Origin: Octopus bimaculoides
Lineage: Eukaryota
Direction of reading: 5' to 3'
Assembly: GCF_001194135.2 (NCBI RefSeq)
Contig: NC_068983.1
Coordinates: 53,475,009-53,539,008 of the forward strand
Length of the DNA stretch: 64,000 nucleotides
Below, in pieces: positions 54,243-64,000 of this stretch (positions are counted from its first letter, which is position 1; each line of letters begins with the position of its first letter). Made by a program: the position numbers and the translations under genes. The notes under the pieces are model-generated. The model had not been told where the DNA came from, did not search any database, and saw only the letters and a program-made list of their open reading frames with translations.

Positions 54243-55493
54243 TATGTCTTAGTGATTAATGTAAAAGAAGAGCTGATAGTGTGCTCATTTACAAGAAAAT
54301 CCATAAATATATAGTATGATGTAGTTTATATTAGAATGCTTATTAGTTCAATTGTTTAGACTTTTACTGAATGTCATAGTATATTTCTCAGAAGTTTATT
54401 AATAACAAACATGTTAGATACCAAGATATTCATATGAATTAATAGGAAAGTTTTCCTCTTGTAAAAGATCTTTAGTAACAACAGCTAATTGATAAACTGA
54501 TAGTTTTTTTTTGGGGGGGGGGTCACCTTTTTTCTTTTGCAGGAATGTTCAAATTATGTGCTTTACCTTTCTTCAAGTCTCATTGCAAGATGTGAAATCA
54601 TAAATTTTTCAGTTGTGTAGTGTCTTAATATTCAGCCCACCCCTCAATCACCACACCTCTATACATTGAGAAATCATTGACAAAATATATATCAAAGGAA
54701 GTAATTTAATTTTAGATAACAGCCTAGTTACATAATTGCAGTTTCTGTTTTAAAGTATCTCCTAATTGCTTTCCTGTGTAGATAGTTTACCCTAATTTCA
54801 ATTAATTAAAATTCAAAAAAAAATTATTTTTATTTTATTACTTTTTTTAACTTTTTTTTACTCTATTCTCCTCTCCACCATCTTGATTTTTGTGTTAAGA
54901 CTTTTCAGTTAGTGTACGTTACTCCTCTTTCATCAGCACACTCACATACACATCCAACCATAATACTACACATTGCTATTAATTCTCTTGGTTTATTTTG
55001 ATCAATTTTACGATGCCAATCTTCTATTGCAAAAACTGATTTACAAAACATTAAAATAATTATTCAAGTGAATAATAAACTATTACAGATTGAATCTGTG
55101 TTATAGCTTGAGATCAGCATTAAGAATCATGTCCATTATTTTCTTTTAAGCTTGTATTAGAAATTTATGATTTCTGTATTACGCAGCTAATACTAGCATG
55201 GAAATCTGAATATGAAATTTAAAACCTTTTTGCTTTCTTCTTCCTAGGACATTATTTAAAATGATGTTAAACAGTCACCTACAAATGACTTGGTTGTTGT
55301 TGTTGTTCTTCTTCTTATTCTTGTTGATGTTGTCAACCCTTCAATCAAATTTTTATATTTTATTGAATTCCTTACTCATACCATTCTGCGTATAAAGATT
55401 GATTTTTAACCTTCTGTACATACATTCCTTCACTATATTGGAAATCATATATTGATTAATCTTGTTTTACAAAATTTATTTTTGCTTCCAAAG

Positions 55494-55614
55494 CTTGATT
55501 TCTTGAGTGAAGCAGAAATGATGAAAAGATTCAACCATCCTAATATTGTCCAGTTACTTGGAGTATGCACCCAAGGGGAGCCTATCTATACAATAATGGA
55601 ATTTATGTTACATG
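55494..55614 (+). CDS. VKR: VKR exon: kinase subdomains III-V ([40 protein letters not shown])
   Basis: Not in the ORF track; translated by hand. TTCCAAAG acceptor, phase 0; FLSEA and HPNIV.LLGVC tyrosine kinase motifs; G|GTGAGT donor, phase 1. Confidence 0.95.
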
Positions 55615-58092
55615 GTGAGTGATTAGCAACAACTTTCTGTATCACATTTTTACTGACATCATTTATATTTTAAACAGTCACTATTCAGTTCTAATTCTTG
55701 AAATTTCTTTTATTCAATGACTATTTGTATTCAAACTAAGCTGATTACTGCAAGAATTTAGCAGACGTTTTTCTGCTGTTCAAGTAAATGTTATACTCTT
55801 TAAATATCCACACCATGAATCTCAACTTAAAACACTAGCCATCACGGTGTGTATTTATTAAATCAGTGTGTCAAATATCTAATTATACTTTGTAGCTTTT
55901 TATTTCTTCCTCATTTCTCAAATAACATTTTTATCAGTTTATCTCTCTCTCTCTCTCAATATTTCATTCAACAGATTATCTAAGAAGATTATGTTTTATT
56001 GTTATTTTATTAGTTTTTAACATTTTAGTAATAATTTTGTAGAGAAAAAAAAATGAAATTATATTTTACTGCATGAAAAAACATCTAGCGAGTAGATTCA
56101 ATAATATTCAACCATCAAGAAAATGCCAGAAATTAATTGTGTGTATCTCTCAACAAACGTTTTAAAGCAAGAGTCTGGAAAGAACTAGGAATCATTTTAA
56201 CTACTTTTGCCAATTTTATTATTTTTATTTTTATGAAAATATTCATCAAGTAAAAAAATATATACATTTTTGAAACTAAAAATGTACAAAATTTTTGTTC
56301 AGTTTTATGAGATTATAAACTATGAAATATATGCTTCATTTAATGTTTATATTTCATATCTACCCATATGGAAAGTCAAGCAATTTAATTTCAGTTTCTT
56401 TGAGTCTATAAGAGGTACCAATATTGATACATATTAAATGGTAAGTTCTTAGTGAGCCAATTCAATGATGGAAGACAAGTTGGAACTAGCTTCTTTTACC
56501 TATATTAACTAACAATTTGGTTAAGACTTGAATTTTTTCCTTGGAAAATCAGTTTTAAATTTGGGAAATTATTCTTTTGATAAACTCATTAGACATACAA
56601 CATAGTTGTCACAATTATACTTTGATTATGTTGCCAATAATAATGGGAAAATATGAACATCACAACACACCCATCTTTTTAAATTTGAAACCTTATACCT
56701 AATAATAAATACAATATAGTAATACAACAAAGCATAAACAAACCTAATCGACAAACTCACAGATCATGAAACTGCTCTAAAATCCTATTCACCTATAAGT
56801 TGTTTCCTTTCTTTAAATATTCTTCCACTACTACAATGGTCTCTATTCTTTTGATCTTTATAACTCTCTGTCATGTCACCTAAACCAATTTGATGCATTC
56901 ATTTCTCTTTCATTCTCTCCCTCTACTGTCTCATCTTCCAGTGCCATTGTTAAATACTTTGTTTCATCTCTCTCCTTAAAACAACCTTTCAGAGTCCCGC
57001 ATTGCCTATAATTTTCCTTCAGCTAAAAACCTACACTAAGTTACACTCTGTATCAATTGTACAAACATCTGTTTATTTAATTCCTCTGTCAGGGAGATAA
57101 GTAGGTTATAGGTGTTGCTATCATTCTCAAACTAATTAGGTGGTTGACTTAATCCATTACCCTCTTTAACATTACCATCACCTGACCCTTCGGTGCCTAT
57201 AGTCATGTTCACTCTATTACAAGCAATCTGACCAGGTTTTAGGACTGGAGATAACTTTACTCCTTACACTCCCAAGTCTCAGAAGACCTTCAATATGGTC
57301 ACAGGTGTTGCCTATTTTCCTCAGTTTAATCCATAGCAAAAACAAAAATACTTAACAAATAATTAGATAATTAGCAACTGGTGAATAATTGTTATTTATG
57401 AATCTTTTTCTTGCTGATGAGAAAGTTCATAACCAAGAGGAATTTTCTCTCTTACAATATTCTTTTGCCTTCAGAGAAAATATACTGATACAATGCGTGT
57501 ATGTATGTATACAAATCTATAATATTAGGTTGAGGAAAAAGTTTGTGTGCCATGTTAAGCATTATTTTAACACAGCATTATTTTTAAAATAATGCCATGT
57601 TAAAATAATGCTTAACACGGCACACAAATATTTCAAAATTCCGGATTTCTTTATTTGGGTAGTACTTTTCCGTAATATACAACCCTAACAGGTTTTTACT
57701 TCATATATAGGGGGTTTTAAATTAGCCCCTTTCTATTAATCTATAGAGAGAATGTTACCCGTATTAGTAATATATATATATATCAACATCGAAGCGTTAT
57801 CCTTTAGTCTTGTTTTAAATAGACATGACTCCAAGATCATTAACATTACAAAAATGAGTAAGAACACTATGCCTATGTAATCCTAAAGTCTTTTTAGCTT
57901 TCTTCTTATTTTCAGCTACTGACGAGTACTTTTTGGCAACTCAGATTATTAAAATGAATTTATTGTCTTTCTGTATGAAACAATTATATAGCTACATGAA
58001 TAAAAAAAAAAAAATCATCATCCATATTAACATCTAATCTCCATTTATGTAAAATATGTTGAACTTTGTTTAATAAGCTAAATTATATACTT

Positions 58093-58128
<36 letters not shown>

Positions 58129-59214
58129 CCTCATTGTGTATGTTAGTATAAATGTACTATGTGAAATGATTCTGTTATTATCTCAGTTGAAAACAATTTA
58201 GTGTGCAGGCAAACATCTCTACTTATTTTCCAACTGCAGCTAGGCATTTCAATACATTGTCAAAATTATCTTCACCGACTCGAAGCAATTTTAATCTCCT
58301 TCTCTATAATCCAGACAGTTTTATTATCAAACACTAGCAGCCGTTCACGTTACACACTCAGTATGTCTTTCAACATTAAGTCACATCTTATCTGCTCTTA
58401 TTCTGCAACTTTAGAATTGGTATTTAGTTATATTGTTATACATTCTAAGTTCAAATCCTACCAATATTGATTTGTTTCTTTCATCCTTCCAGGGTAGATA
58501 AAATAAGTACCAGTTAAGTATTGAGTTCTATTTAATTGTCTGTACCCTCCTACACAAGTCTGTGAACTTGAACCAACGTTAGAAATCAATAATTTAATAG
58601 CAGATATTTTTATCTTTTAATTACACATTGTACAGCTTTCAAGTGTTTAATGAAAGGCCTTTATTATAGATAAAGTTAAGATTGATTAAATTATAGTGTA
58701 ATCTTATATTATAATTTAGTTTCCAATGACATTTTGTTCAAGTATTCATGATTATTTAAATTTATGGCAAATATAATATTTTGATCAAATGAGATGACTA
58801 ACACTTGAAATATTAACACTGATTTCATTCTACAATTGGTGAGAATGAAACACACTCAATCTCTTCTATATTGCTGATATTAAATCTTATTTCATTCTAA
58901 GAGAGGCAATTTAGATGTACCAAGTCATATTTGATACCAATGTCAATTCATCTATTCAATTTAATATTGGTGAAAATCAATTTAGTGGTAAATCAGACAA
59001 CAAAACAATTAATAAACTGTTGTAATGTTTTGTGTACCCAAAACGAAAAACATTTTGTTCAAAACGAGATTGGATGTTACTCTTTGGACGACTTTTGTTT
59101 TACTAATCATTGTATCTGTGGAAGAATGTCATGGTTTAGAACAATCAGAAGTAGAACAAAAATCTAAATAAAATTTTGTACATTCAATAAAGAGGTTCAA
59201 GAATAGAAAAAATA

Positions 59215-59419
59215 CTATTTATCTTTTACTTGTTTCAGTCACTGGACTGTGGCTGTTCTGGAGCACCACCTTGAAATCTTGAAGAATATAGTCAAACAAA
59301 TTGACCTCAGTACTTGTATTTCTGTCTGGTACTCATTCTATTGCTGAAGCACTAAGTTCCTGGGACAGAAACCATCACCAGTTGTCAAATGATGGTGGGA
59401 GTAACAAACACAGAAACAT

Positions 59420-59464
<45 letters not shown>

Positions 59465-59615
59465 AGGTTTCTACAGTTTCCATCTACCAAATTCGTGCAT
59501 GTGGCATTGGTCAGCCTTAGGCTATAGTAGAAGACACTTGCCCCAAAATGCTGCACAGTGGGACTGAACCTGAAACCATCCAGTTGCAAAGCAAGCTTCT
59601 TAATCAAACAACCAC
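59215..59615 (-). mobile_element. Family A SINE
   Basis: Colinear with the other minus-strand copies; internal (CA)n. Confidence 0.8.
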
Positions 59616-60054
59616 GTTTAATAAAAATGAGTTACATGGCTCTAAAGATCCCTAGATCCTTGAAATAAAATAGTACATATGAAGATATAAGATTCAGAAA
59701 GCAAAACATAGTGAGAGACGGAAGATAGAAATGTGAGTGTAAGAGGTTGGTTGGAACAAGACTTTCTAAATATTGTGGGCTGATCAAATAAATAACTGAA
59801 GATAACATTCTGTTAACGAAAGTGAATAATATACTTGTTACTTAGCCGAGAGTCAGTTTTGATTAATGGTTTCGCTTTTCTCTGTTTACAGTACATCATT
59901 TCCTATGTTGATTGGGTTAGGATTTGTAGGACATTTAGCCACTATTTCTAAAAGGGTGAGTGTTCAAATAGAAACCCTGTGTATTGTGGTGTAAGCTTTA
60001 GGAGGTTATCTCTGTTCATAAAAATGTTTTCTTTCTCTGGAAATATGAAAACAA

Positions 60055-60410
60055 ATAGCTGTGTGGTAAGTAGATTGCTTACCAACCACATAGTTCCAGG
60101 TTCAGTCCCACTGCATGTCACCTTTGGCAAGTGTCTTCTACTATAGCCTCGGGCCAACCAAAGCCTTGTGAGTGGATTTGGTAGACAGAAACTCAAAGAA
60201 GCCCGTCGTATATATATATGTGTGTGTGTGTGTGTCCAACATTGCCTGACAATCGATGCTGGTGTGTTTACATCCCCATAACTTAGCGGTTCAGCAAAAG
60301 AGCCTGATAGAATAAGTACTGGGCTTACTAAGAAAAAGTCCTAGGGTAAATTTGTTCAACTAAAGGTGGTGCTCTAGCATGGCCACAGTCAAATGACTGA
60401 AACAAATACA
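60055..60410 (+). mobile_element. Family A SINE, near consensus
   Basis: Full head, core and tail. Confidence 0.88.
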
Positions 60411-60484
60411 AGTTAATGTTTAATTGTTATATATATATATATGCAATGGTTAGTATGCTCCACTGGATGTGTAATGTAAGTGTA

Positions 60485-61170
60485 CATGTTTGACAGACAG
60501 CCAGTGTTCTGAGAGAGAGGTTAGGCATAAGAGGAATTGGTTGCTGCATGTAAGAGAGAAGATTGCACTGGTTTGGTCATGTGATGCAGAAAGATGCCAA
60601 CAGTTCCATAAAGAAGTGTTCTGTCTCAAAGTGGATGGAACATGTGGAAGTGAGAGATCCAGGAAGACATGAGATGAAGTACTGAAGAATGACCTCAGGA
60701 AGTTGAACTATCCAGGTGAGATGACAAAGGACCAAGATACCTGGTGCCTGGCCATACTCGAGAAGACCCGTACGTCACAGCAGAAGTGTTATGATTGATC
60801 CTGCCGGTGGTGTAAAGCACTTGTGGTGGTGTCACGTAAAAACGCCCATGTGGTTCCATGTAAAAATGTTCATGTGGTGTCATGTAAAAGAGCCCATGCG
60901 GTGCCATGTAAAAGCACCCCTGCGGTGTCACATAAAAGTGCTTGTGTGGCACCATGTAAAAATATCTGTATGGTGCCATGTATTAGCACCCGTCCAGTAC
61001 CACATAAAAACATCCAGCACATGCTGTAAAATGGTTGATGTTAGGAAGGGCATCTGGCTGCAAAAACCATGCCAAAACAGACTGGAGTCTGGTGCAGCTC
61101 TCTAGATTGCCACCTCTGGTCAAACCATCCAACCCATGCCAGCATGGACAATGGACATTAAATGAAGATG
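60485..61170 (+). mobile_element. RTE-clade LINE 3' fragment with 3' UTR
   Basis: LRERLGIRGI...RRLHWFGHVM...(frameshift)GTCGSERSRKT*DEVLKNDLR...AILEKTR, followed by a minisatellite and the CCATCCAACCCATGCCAGCATGG...TTAAATGA tail. Confidence 0.85.
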
Positions 61171-61490
61171 ATACATACATACATATATATAGTCCTATTT
61201 CAGCAATGAAATGCGCGTAGTCTATGTACTAGCACTGACTTTTATACATTTATACTTTCATACTTTATATTATTGTATTGATTTTTACTGTCCAATTTAT
61301 AATTTTGATTTAAAAATTTTTTTAAATTAATATTTTTATGATGAATGTTTCTTTATATGATATATTATTTAAATTTAAAATTTTAGATTAAAATCTTAGA
61401 TAAATATTAATATGGTATATGCCTCACAGCATGGATTTGGACAGGTTCTGAGTTGACTGAGTTGTAGAGTGGTGGTTCGTCTCTAAATTA

Positions 61491-61529
<39 letters not shown>

Positions 61530-61761
61530 TGTGGTACCAGTGCCAGTAGTGTGAAGAAATCACTTTAGACATTGTAGAGTGGATGATGTTAGGAAGGGCA
61601 TCCAGTCATTAAAAAAATATGCCAAAGAAGATAGTGGAGCTCAGTGCCACCCTGTGACTTACCAGATATTGTTAAACTATGCAACCAATGCCAGCTTGGA
61701 AAATGGAAATTAAATGATGATGATGATATAAAGTGCTTAAATATGTTTGTTCTTGTAACAG

Positions 61762-61912
61762 GTGACCTAAAAACTTACTTATTGTCTCGCCGGAGTCTTG
61801 TTGATCGAGAAACTATTGAGGCTGAAGACGTTGCTCCCTTTAAGCTAACCCAAATGGCTACTGATGTTGCGAATGGACTAAACTACCTCCACAGTCTTAA
61901 ATATGTACACAG
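61762..61912 (+). CDS. VKR: VKR exon: kinase subdomains V-VIa ((G)DLKTYLLSRRSLVDRETIEAEDVAPFKLTQMATDVANGLNYLHSLKYVH)
   Basis: ACAG acceptor, phase 1; GDLK.YL and A.G..YL....VH motifs; AG|GTATGT donor, phase 2. Confidence 0.95.
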
Positions 61913-62719
61913 GTATGTACGCAACTTCAATATTTCCCATATGTCAACCCTAGGTTTTGAATTTCCTTTAACATTTTATTCTGCTTCATTTGCAAACAGT
62001 ACAACTGTTGACAGTAATCTAAAATAAATTCATTCTTGCATTCTCATGGTACTTCTTGAATCTACATTCTTACAACCACAGATGTGGCTGTGTGACTGAG
62101 AAACTTCCTTCCCAACCGTGAGATCTCAAGTTCAGGCTCGTTGCACAGTAGCTTGGGCAAGTGTCTTCTACTATATCTCTGGGCCAATCAAAGCCTTATG
62201 AGTGGATTTGGTAGACAGGAACTGAAAGAAGCCTTTAGTGTGTGTGTATGTGTTGCTTGTCTTGACATTATATGGTGGTTGTAAAGAGGCATCTTGGTGA
62301 TACAAGCAATGTTGTTCATTTTCACTCTTTTGTAAAAGACACATCTGCCACACACATTGATCATAGCAGACGACCATGGGCACCAGAATTCCCACATCAC
62401 GTGATTCTGACCTACTGGACTTCATCAATGGGAAGCACCTGATAATCTGATTGTCTGAGACAGAAATGCTGTGAACACATGTTTTTGTCTCAATAGGCTT
62501 CACCACATTTCTGTAGGTGTCTTGATACACACATTTCCAAACAGTGATGCATACTAATTCAAATATGAGGTACTTTTAAACTTTTTCCTCTAGGATATTG
62601 CAAATGTTTATCCTGGAAAGCATCACAAATGATATTATGGTGACAAAGTGTTGGTCATGTTCATATTGAAAATGATTCTGGTTATTATGATAATGATGAT
62701 TTATATTTTAAAATTCCAG

Positions 62720-62832
62720 AGACTTAGCTTGTCGTAACTGTTTGGTACATTCAAATAAAACAGTGAAAATAGGTGATTTTGGAATGACGCGATCACTATA
62801 TGAATCAGATTTTTACAAATTCTCTAAAAAAG
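62720..62832 (+). CDS. VKR: VKR exon: catalytic and activation loops ((R)[37 protein letters not shown])
   Basis: Not in the ORF track; translated by hand. TTCCAG acceptor, phase 2, completes HRDLACRN; intact DFG; G|GTGAGT donor, phase 1. Remaining kinase exons were not found and presumably lie beyond 64000. Confidence 0.95.
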
Positions 62833-63114
62833 GTGAGTAATAATTTTTGATGAAAATATTTTTTCTTTTTACTTTAATGCTGAAAAACAATTTTTTTTTT
62901 TTTTTGTGGAATCAAAGTAAAAAATAACAAATTTTATTTTTCAAATCAGATGTTATTAAGAATTCAGGTGAAAAAAGAAATACTTTTATCTTAAATGAAA
63001 CATAACATAAATAGATAGAACATGAAATATTGTGCAAATTCACTTTCTCCCTCCCCTCTCTATGTATTTGTGTTTGTGTGTATATATATATATTTATACA
63101 CACACACACACATA

Positions 63115-63170
<56 letters not shown>

Positions 63171-63310
63171 TGCCTAAATACTTTTATACATATTTTATAT
63201 ACATGCATACGTAAATGTGCATATATGTATGTATGTATATATATATATATATACACATATATAAATGTATATATGCAAATGTATATACATACATATATAA
63301 ATGTACCATT

Positions 63311-63632
63311 TGAGGGCAATCGTTTCCAGCTTTACCTTACTGGCACTTGTGCTGGTGGCATGTGAACAAAACATTGGACTGACTCCTGTGCAAGTGGCAC
63401 ATAAAAAACACCATTAGAGCATGGCCGTTGCCAGTACCGTTGGACTGGCCCTCGTGCCAGTGGCACGTAATAAGCACCCACTACACTCTCGGAGTGGTTG
63501 GCATTAGGAAGGGCATCCAGCTGTAGAAACTCTGCCAGATCAGATTGGAGTCTGGTGTAGCCATCTGTTTGCCAGTCCCCAGTCAAACCGATGCTAGCAT
63601 AGAAACCGGACGTTAAATGATGATGATGATGA
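63311..63632 (+). mobile_element. Family B repeat copy (duplicated at 63848-64000)
   Basis: Family B subunits and (GAT)n tail. Confidence 0.85.
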
Positions 63633-63747
63633 TATATACATATAAATGTATATATATACGCATACATATATAAATGTATATATACATATATACACACATA
63701 TAAATATGTATTTATATATATATATAGATAGATGCACATTTATATAA

Positions 63748-63798
<51 letters not shown>

Positions 63799-64000
63799 TA
63801 AATGTATATATGCAAATGTATATACATACATATATAAATGTACCATTTGAGGGCAATCGTTTCCAGCTTTACCTTACTGGCACTTGTGCTGGTGGCATGT
63901 GAACAAAACATTGGACTGACTCCTGTGCAAGTGGCACATAAAAAACACCATTAGAGCATGGCCGTTGCCAGTACCGTTGGACTGGCCCTCGTGCCAGTGG

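Noticed and set aside
59790-59845. CTGAAGA...GAAA hammerhead-like spacing
   Set aside because: Extra bases in the core and stem I does not pair.
60825-61010. Regular short repeats resembling a CRISPR array
   Set aside because: Tandem degenerate units without unique spacers, inside a eukaryotic LINE 3' UTR; no cas genes.

Overview
AT-rich, repeat-dense animal genomic DNA from a gapped short-read assembly (N runs at 22460-22780, 32771-32870, 37855-37864). The SINE/LINE repertoire resembles octopus/coleoid cephalopod repeats (inference). The one supportable protein-coding gene is on the + strand: seven exons (28751-28878, 37025-37323, 42362-42503, 43747-43990, 55494-55614, 61762-61912, 62720-62832) join through GT-AG introns with matching phases (2,1,2,0,1,2) into a 1198-nt open frame of about 399 aa. 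It encodes the C-terminal part of a GABA-B-like Venus flytrap module, one transmembrane helix and subdomains I-VII of an insulin-receptor-like tyrosine kinase: the Venus Kinase Receptor (VKR) architecture. Neither end of the gene was found in the window. The remainder is intronic or upstream DNA filled with tRNA-derived SINEs, RTE-type LINE remnants, mariner derivatives, piggyBac-type MITEs and microsatellites. Almost all ORFs in the supplied track are microsatellite or repeat artefacts, and three real exons are absent from it.
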